This document shows, one piece after another, positions 24,481 to 34,844 of a DNA stretch of 64,000 nt. Origin of the DNA: Marsupella aquatica (lineage: Eukaryota; Plantae; Marchantiophyta); assembly GCA_973895155.1 (NCBI GenBank), contig OZ316892.1:23510033-23574032 (forward strand), written 5' to 3'. The notes beneath the pieces were generated by a model. It ran no database searches. It had not been told where the DNA came from and saw nothing but the letters and a program-made list of their open reading frames with translations. A program made the position numbers and the translations under genes. Every line of letters begins with the position of its first letter. Within the stretch, counting starts at the first letter, position 1.

Positions 24481-25520
24481 TGGCGGCGACTTGCGCAGTG
24501 CCGGCCGGCGCGCGCCTCGCTGCCTCGGCCCTCGCCGGTGACGCCCGACCAGTCGCCGATCGCACCCCCTTTCGGCCCCGACCCCGACTTCGAGGCAACC
24601 ACGTTTTATCCCCGGCCCTGCCTTGTATTCTTGCCTCGCGCCCCCGCGCCCTAGGCCTTAGCGCACCCCCACGCCCTTACGCCCGTGCTGTCGTCCGCCG
24701 TGAAGCGGCTGCTTTTTACTCTCGGCCCCCGCTTGTACGCCCTGTACACCCACTGGCCCGCCTCGCGTCGCGCATATGTGGATGCGCGTTTTGGGGCGTA
24801 TTTTTGCTAAGGGGCCATTCACCCCCTTTAGTGCCCAATGTTAGCCTTTTTCCCTCTCCCTTGGTTGTCCCTTGTGTCGGGACCTGCCACCCTCCATTTT
24901 AATCGCTCCAACAGGGGGAACGGCCCCCCTGTGAGACCTGTCGGACTATGTGAGAATATTCTCGAAAAACAAAGAGCTGTTTTTTGGCCGTTCAACAAAG
25001 ATTCTGTCCGCCGAACAATAATTTTTTTGGTTCTTTTTCGGTGAGGTCGTAGCCACTGGAGTTAGCAACGCGGCGCACCGATCACATTGCAATTCTGACG
25101 ACGGGTTGTACTTGGTAATTTGGTTATTCTCCGAGGTGGTCAAAACGGGGGAGTTTCCCAAGGTTTTACCCACCCCGACCAAGATTTGAATAACTTTTCC
25201 GTCAAATTTTGATTTTAATTTCGGTTTTTAGTATTGGACTCCTAGCTTCGTGGGCTACGCGGCGGTGTTGAGTTTTGAGTTTTGTGAGAAGTTTCAAAAA
25301 AAGACATTTTTTGTGATTGTTTCATATGAGTGACTCGGAGGATACTGGAAGAATTGGCATCGGTAGAGCTTCAGGATCGCGACGGTCAGACGGTGAGTCT
25401 GAGGAGGAGCTGCTACCGTTTGAGATGGAACTAGTGACACTGGTTTGATCACCGGTGCGGCGTGCAGTGGAGGAAGCTGTGTTACTACCAGAGCTGTCGG
25501 TAGTTGGAAAGAAGAGGGAG

Positions 25521-27085
25521 ATGGCTAGATTTGGAGGAGTGAAGTTTGAGGTGGAGAAGTATGATGGTCGTACTAACTACTTGTTGTGGGAGAAGCAAGT
25601 GAAGGGTGTTCTACGAGCCATGGGCTTAGCTCATTTGCTTTCATCGCGAGAGCAGTATGATGGAGAGCAGGAGATTTATGTGAGACAATGGAGATAGGAG
25701 CAGGTGATTGCTGTCAATGCAGTGATGCTATATCTCAAGCCGCACATCATCAAGCAGCTGGATGATTATGCGGATTGCGCGTCACTGTTCAAGGCTCTAA
25801 GAGAGAAGTACTACCGGGAAGATGCGTCAGACCGGCTGTACAAGAAGTCTCTCTTGATGAGCCTCAGGCTCAAGGAAGGAAGCAAGATGCAGGATCACCT
25901 GGATGAGTTTGATAGTCTAGCGGTGGATCTGTCAAACCTAGGAAAAGGAGTTGAAGATGAGGATAAGGCCTTGCTTCTGCTAAGCTCCTTACCGCCGTTA
26001 TATCAAGGCTTGAAACAGGTGCTCTTGTATAGAGATCTGAAGTTCATTTCGTATAATGAGGTGGTGAGTTCATTACTGTCTGATGTCTGATGCTCAGAAA
26101 AAGTTGGGTCAATCACAGACAGCATCTTCTTCTGGCACTACGCTAAACGTGAACCGTGGGAGAGCAGCGCAGCTCACAAATGGGCAGAACAGGTTTAGAT
26201 CTACATCACGAGGGAAATCTAAATCCAGAGGGAAATCGCAAGAGAGGAAGCCTCTTGCATGTTGGAATTGTGGCAAGCCTGGCCACATGAAAAGGGATTG
26301 TCGAGTAAAGGTCCCTACTGCATCTGCTAACGCGGCATCAAGCTCGCATGAGGTAGATTTACTCGATGATGATGACATATTGTGATGCCAAGGTTATGCT
26401 CTCAACGTAGTGTCAAATCCAGGTAGTGATGACTGGATTCTAGATAGTGCATGTACTTTTCACATTTTCTCTAGGAGAGATTTTTTCAGTTCTTACATGG
26501 TTTCCAACGGGTCAGTGTTGATGGGAAATGGAATCCCATGTCAAGTTGTTGGACTTGGATCTGTAAGATTTCAGATGTTTGATGGTGCTGTGAGAACGTT
26601 GAGGAATGTGAGACATATTCCCAGCATGATGAAAAATCTCATTTCACTTGGAGTTTTAGAAGCAAATGGCCATTAGTGGAGTTCTGCTAATGGTGTCCTT
26701 CAGGTTTCAATTGGTACTAAAGTTGTATTGAAGGGAAAGAGACATAGCAATCTATACATTTTGGATGGCAGTGTAGTTTGTGATGAAGCCAATGTAACCT
26801 TATCTCATGAGGAGACGGCCCGGCTGTGGCATGCACTTCCGTTTGGGCCACATGAGTGAAAAAAGTTTGGCTATTCTTCAGAAAAAAGGATTATTTTCTA
26901 ATTTGAAATCTTGTAAGTTGGAATTTTGTGAGCACTGTGTGTTTGGGAAGCAGCACAGGAAACCCTTTGGAGTTGGAGCTCACACCAGCAAGGAGGTACT
27001 TGAGTATGTACATAGTGATGTGTGAGGTCCAGCCACTACTCCCTCACATTCTGGACGATTATACTATGTCACGTTCATAGACGAT
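25521..27085 (+). pseudogene. Copia gag, protease, GAG-pre-integrase and integrase N-terminal part, disrupted
   Basis: MARFGGVKFEVEKYDG; zinc knuckle CWNCGKPGHMKRDC; WILDSACTFH; H-RLGH...CEHC; VHSDV*GP. Several stops and frameshifts, including a 7-bp duplication near 26078-26091. Confidence 0.92.
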
Positions 27086-27444
27086 TGTGACGCCGCCGGT
27101 ACGGCGGTTAATGAGTGATTCAGTCTAATTGCGCTCGGCACGCGCGTTAGGTGGGTCTTAGGCCGCTATTATTAGCATAACGACAGTATTTAGGTAATCA
27201 TTAGGGGTAGGACATCATTAGGCAATAAGGGGGACTTCAGGTTCGGGCTGCCGGCGGGTCGCTATTCGCACACCCGGATTACGAGCGTGGAGGGGCCCCT
27301 CCCTCGGGTCCGTATAACGAACTTAAGGAAGCGGCCACTGACGCACGCTGACTCAGACCGGCGGAGTGGCCGGTACACCACAAGCGTGAGCGGTTCAACC
27401 TATGGGCGTCGAGGAGACGTCGGGGATCGACAAGCCCTCAAAAG

Positions 27445-27451
27445 TATAAAA
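27445..27451 (+). promoter_or_regulatory. TATA box of the nested element
   Basis: TATAAAAGGGG about 108 bp upstream of ATG 27553, followed by a pyrimidine-rich leader. Confidence 0.55.
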
Positions 27452-27552
27452 GGGGAGCCAACCCTTTGTAGTGCACCAGTCCATCAGTCCGCGCGCCAGC
27501 TTCGACCCCAGCTCTCTCGTTCGCTCTAGGTCGCCACTACTATCTCCTCTGA

Positions 27553-30201
27553 ATGTCGCACACGATCCTCTCCAGCTCGGCCATTCGATTCTGGACGCAA
27601 TTCCTATCTACCGGAAGGCACTTGGCCGATTCATTGAAACACGCCAACCCGCGCCGATACGAGATCGAACGCGAATACGAGAGAGCCATCCGCCTAGCAG
27701 GACGACACCACTACGTCCTTAACTTTGACTACCCGTCTCAGAGCGAGCTTTACCGACCAGCTGAGGTATCTGGGTACTTCTTCAACGGAGACAAATATAT
27801 CGGGTTCTGGGAAGCATTGCTTTGGCTTCCGGACGAGGTCTTCAATATCCCGGGTACAATCGACCTGCAGCGACATCACTTCGACCACATCCCTGCCCAG
27901 GTTCGGGCTGTCATTAACGGCGAGTCCAGTACCAACCGTTCGACAAGGGCGTCCGCACTCGCTTCGGAGAACTTCTACCAGCACCTGCAGAGCTTCATGG
28001 GAACTCGGCCATCAACCAACATGACCAACTCAGCCGGGCCCGTACCCGTACCCGTACCCGTGCCCATGCAACCCCAGCCTCAACTTCAGCCTCAGCCTCA
28101 GCCGCAGCCTAGCCAAACCCCACCACCTATCACCCAGCCAGCACAGGTACGCTCCGTCATCAACGCTGTGGATCTTAGCGATGACGACGAGGCTACCCCA
28201 CCCTTGACCAGGCGGCCCAGAGGAACAAGCGCTCGGGGGGCCGACACTATATCGTCCCCACCCCCTGCTCTGACCCCAGGAGCGGCCCCAGCAGACAACA
28301 TAGTGACCGTGGCCGCCCCGGGGCCGTTACCAACCGCAGTGGCACTCCCCAGGCCCGATCGGGAGGATGGGGAAGTATCACCTTCCCCGAGTCAGTCACG
28401 GGGAAAGAAGAGGAAGGAATCCGCCACTGCGTCCGGGTTACCGTTGGCCACGGTAGCCGTAGCCAAGGTGACGATGCATCGCATGGGGGAAAACGTTCAT
28501 AGCAACATCCTCCATCCCAAGCATGCGGTGTACCTGAAGACTCAGGGATTTGAGCACCTCACCTCTCTCCCCTGGAACACTTGCAGGTACTACGGGGAGG
28601 ACATGACAGAATTCGTCAAGAATTATGACGACGTACGTCAACAGACTCGGCTGCGGAGAAGGAATATGTCCCTCACAGAAGAACGGCTCAAGATGATCTT
28701 CGGGTTACCCGAAGGTGACCATCGAGTCGAATCACGGGCTCCCGGGGGCAAGGGGGCCAAGTACCAATCTTCAAGTTTTCCCTCAGAAGGAGTAGTAGAC
28801 AACGGGTTCGTGATGAGGACCTGCCTCGTGCCCGAGATAGCTGAGCGGTTGGAGTTCCAGAGGTACGCTCTCCACATGATGGAACCCCGGGGGGAGATCT
28901 CCGCCGCCCAGGTTATCCAGGTCGAGAACTATCGACCTAGGAAATGGGCGTCGTACTTCGCTAAGAAATTCCATGAAGAGATGGAGCGGCGAAGGAAGAC
29001 GCTGTACATTGGCGGGAAGGCGTATTTCGCTAGCCACATCGAAATCATTCTTGAGTGGTACGCCCGGTTTGATCGACGAACCCTTCCCCGCATCAACGTT
29101 ACAAAGCTGGTCCCAGCTAGGTGGGTTTTTCCGGCATTGGAGAGACGGCCCCAACCTGAGGCCCGAAGTCCAGTGGACACGCCGGCTTCACCCACCCCAC
29201 CTCCACAAATAGCTGTAATCGTAACCGAGGAGGCGCTGGAGGGGTCGGTCGTCGCAACCGTTGATGCGACCCAACTAGCCGGGCTAAGTACAGAAGTTGG
29301 TACGGCAGAGGTCTTACCCGAACCCGGGTCTCCCAAGGACCCGCCGGTGGCAATTCCGGAGAACCGGACATCGCTGCAGGAGGACACTCCAGCCCCTTCC
29401 AACGTTATGTCCCCAGGGCTGGACGTCACTGCCCTGGCCCCTGCGCGTGTTGATGTCTGCCCGTGCCCAAATCCGGACAGGCACAACTTGGACCACCCGA
29501 AACTCTTCGTACAGGGTACGTTTCTGAACGGGCTTCTGGGAGATTTCTCTCATCAAATTGCCCGGGATACCGGGGAGTTCATGGCCCAGAAGGTGGCCTG
29601 TTTCTTCAATCAGGAGTTGGTTGCCGCCGTAAAGGCAGGTCGGGCCCAGTCGGAGGCCCTTCAAAGGATAGAGTGGTACCGGGTGGAGTCCGTGTACCTA
29701 AAGAACGAAGTGGCGGCTCAAGAGGCTGAGCTTCTGCAACTATGATCCAAGGTTGCAGCCGCCGATGAGTTGTTAGCAAAGGCGTACGCTCTTACCGCCC
29801 TAGCCGAACAGGCCAAAGCTGGGAACGAGGCCGAGATTACACGACTCCGGAACCAGATTGACAGTTTGAAGAAACAAGCTGTCACCTGGCAGAAAGACCT
29901 GGAGGAGGCCGAGGAGCGAGCCCAGCGGGATGCGACGGAGATAGCCACGCTGCAGGCCGAGATGGCGCGGCTCCAAACCGAGGCCGAGAAGCAGGACCAG
30001 CTGGCGGGTAAACTGACGAGCGACGCCCAGCAGCTGGAGGAGGCATGTCAGGAGGCAACAGAGGAGACGGACGCGGCGAGGCGAGAGAACGAATCTCTGC
30101 TGGACCAGGTCCAGCTCCTCAAAGCGGACAATGACAGGCTTCGAAGGCAGCGGGATGGCCGTTCCCATTCGGGCGGCTCTGGCAAGCGTGCCAGGCATTA
30201 G
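27553..30201 (+). CDS. Unknown TE accessory protein (~882 codons, one in-frame TGA at 29743-29745)
   Basis: ORFs 27553-29745 and 29770-30201 are in the same frame, joined by *SKVAAADE. Layout: N-terminal globular region, Pro/Gln linker, NLS-like RGKKRK, central helical domain, Pro-rich linker, long heptad coiled coil, basic end GKRARH. Confidence 0.75.
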
Positions 30202-31101
30202 CGGCGGAGTAGGAATAGATTAGGATTAGGATTGGCTTAGTCAGGCTCTTGGGACAGGCACCTGCCTTAGGTACAGCAGTGCTGCCCTGCTGTCCAACCT
30301 GCGTAGATTAGGATCTTCTAATAAGACACAGCCGTTTTCCGGCCTGACTGTCAGCTTAGTTAGGACCTTAGTTAGCGAATCTTCGGCGAGAGGACACCCC
30401 GTCCCTCGGCTCTTAGTATTTAGTGCACCCCTCGGTAGAGGCAGGGGGGTTTTAGTTCCAGAGTCGGACATCCGTGGGACATGCGGGGAGTCCCGACCTC
30501 TGGGAATGACAGAGTACCAAGGGGAGGGGGTAGGACTAAGCTCGCCGGGCGAGTGCGGAGCCGGGCTCCGTTGTAGTGTGCACCCTCGGCCTTGAACCTG
30601 TGCATTCCAGGGCTGTCGTGTCAACTAAGTGTGCGCATATGTTCCCTTTGTAGTAAAATCCTTTCCCATCATTTTCCTTCGTGTAAATCGAGATTGTATG
30701 CATGTGTGCGCATATGTGTGTGGGTTTCTCGTATATGGGTGGCAGCGCCAGGCCGAACGCACTACCCGAGACGTGCACAGGGTGCAGCCTGCGGGTAAGT
30801 GGTTGCAAGCACGGGTTGAGGACCTGTATCATCGAATCCGGATCGAAGGCGGACAGCACAAAGGCTTAGAAGCCCTTAAGCCGGGGTCGATCCTGCTATC
30901 GACTAAGGTACGTTCCGGCGGCGGAACACAAACCATACCTAGGAGGTGTCCGTATTTAGCAGTATGCGCACTTAGCGCTAGTTTACAAGAATAAGGTGCC
31001 TTACGTGCTTCCCTTCCTGCCCGAACCCTCAGATTTACGAGGGATGTGCCCGTCTAAGCTGAAGTCTCAGTTAAGGCCAAAGCCTACGACGTGACAACGA
31101 T

Positions 31102-33624
31102 TACTCAAGGTATGTGTGGATCTACTTTCTACACAATAAGTCTGATGTTTTTGCCACTTTTAAGGAGTGGAAAGCCCATGTTGAGAATCAGACTGATAAC
31201 GATGTGAGATATCTTCGATTGGATAACGGCGGTGAATACAGTTCTGGAGAATTTGGAACGTATTGTAAGGAGTAGGGGATTACCCGCCATCTCACAACAA
31301 GTTATACTTCTCAGCAGAATGGTGTTTCTGAGAGACTCAACCAAACACTATTGGACCGCTCGAGGAGTATGTTGAGTCAATCATGCTTATCACATGAGTT
31401 TTGGGCTGAAGCTGTCAACATTGCAGCTTATTTGGTAAATTTTTCTCCATCCAATTCTATTGGATTCAAGACGCCATTTGAAATGAAGTACGGGCGTCCA
31501 GCAGATTACTCACATCTGAGGATTTTTGGATGTGATGCTTATGTGCTTACACCTTCCCAGCTTTGATCCAAGTTGTAGTCCAAGTCGAAGAAGTGCATTT
31601 TTCTTGGCTATCAGAAAGGTGTGAAGGGTTATAGGTTATAGGATCCAGTAACCTGTAAACTAATTGTCAGTAGAGATGTATCCTTTAATGAATCCAGATC
31701 ATCAAAGGAGGGGGAGAGTTCTCATGACTCCCATACTGACAAGGGGAAATCTCCTATCCCGGACCGGGTTGAAGGGGAGATTAGTCATGATGTTGTTCAT
31801 GACAGGAGAGATGGAGAAGCTCCGGGCTTGGAGCTAGTTCCTGTGATGGAACAAGAGGAGCAGATTGTTGTTGGGGTACCTCAAAATCAGCTAGCAGCAA
31901 CAGCAGATCAGCCTGAGTCATCTACTAGAAGAACTTCCAGTCGTTCTACTACAGCTCCTACCAGGTATGGTCAATGGGCAGACTCATCTAAGCTAGATGA
32001 TATTGACATTGCACCTGATGAAGATGACATGGCTTTGATCTTGGAAGAAGGAGAGTCTTCTTCGTACAGTGAGGCTTGTGCTTCATAGCAGAAGCATGAG
32101 TGGAATGCAGCAATGCAGAGGGAGTTGCAATCTTTGAGTGACAACAAGACATGGGAGTTGGTGGAGCTTCCAAGAGGTCAGCAAGTGGTGGACAGCAAGT
32201 GGATTTACAAGTTGAAGGACAGTCCGTCAGAGGGTGGAGATAAGATCTACAAGGCACGGCTTGTTGCCAAGGGATTCATTGAGGAGAAAGAAGTGGATTA
32301 CAATGAGATCTTTTCACCAGTGGCTAAGTATTCCACAATTCGGATCTTGTGTCAGCTTGTTGTGTTTTTTAATCTAGTGATGGATCAGATGGATGTTGTT
32401 ACTGCTTTTCTTTATGGCAACTTGGAAGAGTTGATCTTCATGAGACAACCACTAGGCTTTATGAAGAAGGGCCAAGAGAACTTAGTTTGCAGATTGCTCA
32501 AGTCCTTGTATGGATTGAGGCAATCTCCCAGACAGTGGAACAAGCGATTTGATGATTTCATGTTTGCTCAAGGTTTTACAAGGATGGTGTATGATCCTTG
32601 TGTGTATACAAATTCAGTCAAGAATGATGTATTTGGTTTCATCATTCTGGTGATCTATGTAGATGACATGCTGATTGTGGCTAAAGATCAATCTGAGGTT
32701 AACAGTCTCAAGGCAAAATTGAGTGCTGAATTCAGGATGAAGGATCTTGGTAAAGCCAAGAGGATCTTAGGGATGGAGATTTTTAGGAACTCTGATACTG
32801 GACAGTTGTGCTTGAGTCAAGGTCAGTATGCGAGGAAAGTACTTGCACGATTCAACATGGAGAACTGTAAGCCAGTGAGTATTCCTTTAGCTTCACATTT
32901 CAAGTTATCATCGGCTTTCTCTCCTACGGATGCTGTGGAGAAAGGTTTGATGGCTAAGATGCCTTATGAGAAGGCAGTAGGCAGTCTGATGTATTTGATA
33001 ACTTGTACAAGGCCTGACTTAGCCCTAGCAATGGGTAAGGTCAACAGATTCATGTCAAATCCAGGGAAGGTACATTGGGAAGCTGTGAAATGGATTCTCA
33101 AGTATGTGAAGGGAACACAGGACTATGGATTACTATTTGATGCCAGATCAGATAGAATGTTGGTTGGCTATGTAGATTCTGACTATGGAGGCTGTCTGGA
33201 TACAAGGAGGTCTACAACTGGGTTTGTATTTACTCTTGGAGGAGGATGTATCAGTTGGAAATCTACCTTGCAGAAGTGTATATCTCAGTCTACTACAGAA
33301 GCAGAGTATGTTGCAACAGCAAAAGCAACAAAGGAAGCAATTTGGTTGGACAAGTTGATCGTGAAGATGGGTTTAGAGCATGGCAAAATGACTCTAAACT
33401 GTGATAGTCAGAGTGCTCTTCACTTGGCTGCTAACCAGGTGATGGATAGCAGGGTGAAGCACATTGATATCAGGTACCATTTTATCAGGCAAGCAATGTC
33501 TAATAAAACTTTTGATCTAGTCAAGATTGATGGAAAGCTCAATCCCGTTGATGCCTTTACCAAAGTGATTCATTTGGAGAGTTTCTCAAGACACCGTGCT
33601 ACTTTGCAAGTTTTGCAGTTGTAG
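31102..33624 (+). pseudogene. Copia integrase core, RT and RNase H of copy B, disrupted
   Basis: LRLDNGGEY and QQNGVSERLN (DDE core) with several TAG/TGA stops; open RT/RNase H frame 32113-33624. Confidence 0.93.
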
Positions 33625-33830
33625 TGCAAGTAGAGTTATGTAGCAATGTGTGACTATTTGTATATGGATTACTCATTCTGTTTGGCTACGGCTTAGTTCT
33701 AGTTAACCCTTAGTTAACCCTTGTGGTTTTTAGGGGGAGACCTGGTTTGGTGGTTGTCTAGAACTTCCCGTTGAGGATTCCATATGGTAGCATTTAGTCC
33801 TGTCCCCAAGACAAGAGTCAAGGGGGAGTT

Positions 33831-34174
33831 TGTTAGATATTGCTCTAGTCTTGTGACTCATGAGCTAACCACAGTTAGTCTAACTTAGGTTAGGACTTAG
33901 CTAATGTTAGCGGTAGTGTTGTTGTGCATATAGCCAGGGCTGATGCCAGACCCTGGTGGAACTTAGGCTCATTGTTACGGAGCTAGTTGAGAGATAGGGA
34001 GAGCTTGTGCTGTGGATGCTTGGTATGGCCGGTCGGCCTAGAGTGCAGTAAAGCTCTTGTGTGTTCCCGTGGACGTAGCCTCATGTGGAGGTGAACCACG
34101 TATCTCTCTGTGTCGACTCTTGCGCGTTGGATGGTTCATGGGCTTACCGTTGCGAATGTCGTCTATGCTCAACA
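33831..34174 (+). repeat. 3' LTR of copy B (344 bp), preceded by the PPT
   Basis: AAGGGGGAGTT, then TGTTAG...CAACA, then TSD CAACC. Confidence 0.96.
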
Positions 34175-34179
34175 CAACC

Positions 34180-34601
34180 TTCATATTCCATAGTATTGGG
34201 GAGGGGAGAGACTCACTACTACTCCATGAATAACACTTTTGCAGTCTCTCCCCACACCAATAGTGACATACATTCATTTTAGGGGACCCATTTCAGGTGA
34301 GCCCGAGGGAAACACTTAGTAGTCTCGCCCCACCCCAATAGTGACACACATTCATTGTATGGCACCCATTTCAGGATGAGCCGACACAGATCCGCACCAG
34401 GAGGGAGAGAGTATTAAATCAGATCTGCAAAATTTACAACCAGGGGCCGAGGAGATCATCAGAACCCCCATCCACTACCCACAAAACCCACCTCAGCACA
34501 CACACATACGCTCCACCTCCCTGTGTGTGGAGGGAGGATTGAAGCTGGGACCTCTCACTTCCGGGCTAATCCCCAAGCCAACTGACCTAAGCCAGTTGGT
34601 T
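34180..34601 (-). mobile_element. Second, diverged copy of the tRNA-headed SINE-like element; its last bases lie at 24113-24120
   Basis: Reverse complement AACCAACTGGCTTAGGTCAGTTGGCTTGGGGATTAGCCC...GGTCCCAGCTTCAATCC aligns colinearly with 23100 onward, including GTCACTATTG-GGTGGGG-GAG and ATGAAGGTTGGTG blocks. Confidence 0.62.
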
Positions 34602-34649
34602 GTTGGTGAGTATTATAGTGGTGTGGAATTTCTAAACTCTCCCCACGTG

Positions 34650-34844
34650 ACACCCTCACCCACTCCCACTCTTCCCACTTGCTAAAAGTTTGACCAGCCT
34701 CTTCTCACTTGCTAAAAGTTTGACCAGCCAAAGGAGAAATTAAAAAGAAAATTTGGCTGGTCAAATTTTTAGCAAGTGAGAAGAGTGAAAATATTGCTGG
34801 TCAAACTTTTAGCAAGTGGGAAGAGTGGGAGTGGGTGAGGGTGT
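34650..34844. mobile_element. MITE / foldback element (~195 bp)
   Basis: Perfect ~49-bp TIR (ACACCCTCACCCACTCCCACTCTTCCCACTTGCTAAAAGTTTGACCAGC) plus a second internal inverted subrepeat; flanks TGA/TAA. Confidence 0.85.

Larger units (their letters stand above)
27086..31096 (+). mobile_element. 4011-bp nested insertion with LTR-type ends (putative giant solo LTR, gypsy/chromovirus-like termini) carrying one long ORF
   Basis: TSD ACGAT at 27081-27085 and 31097-31101. Removing it restores integrase YYVTFIDD|YSRYVWIYFL. Begins TGTGACG and ends CGTGACA. GC-richer than the host copia; no gag/pol motifs and no terminal direct repeats seen. Confidence 0.85.
24121..34174 (+). mobile_element. Full-length Ty1/copia LTR retrotransposon copy B (Tnt1/Tork-like, decayed) with a nested insertion
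   Basis: Paired LTRs, TSD CAACC (24116-24120 and 34175-34179), PBS, PPT, and gag-PR-INT-RT-RH order. Confidence 0.97.

Noticed and set aside
27694-30198. Antisense and alternative-frame ORFs inside the nested ORF (also inside OVATE and copia)
   Set aside because: Expected shadows of GC-rich coding sequence; no recognisable motifs.
27086-31096. Nested element as a DNA transposon or a complete two-LTR element
   Set aside because: No DDE transposase motif, only a short imperfect inverted end, and a 5-bp TSD with TG/CA. I found no direct repeat between its two ends and no PBS or PPT.
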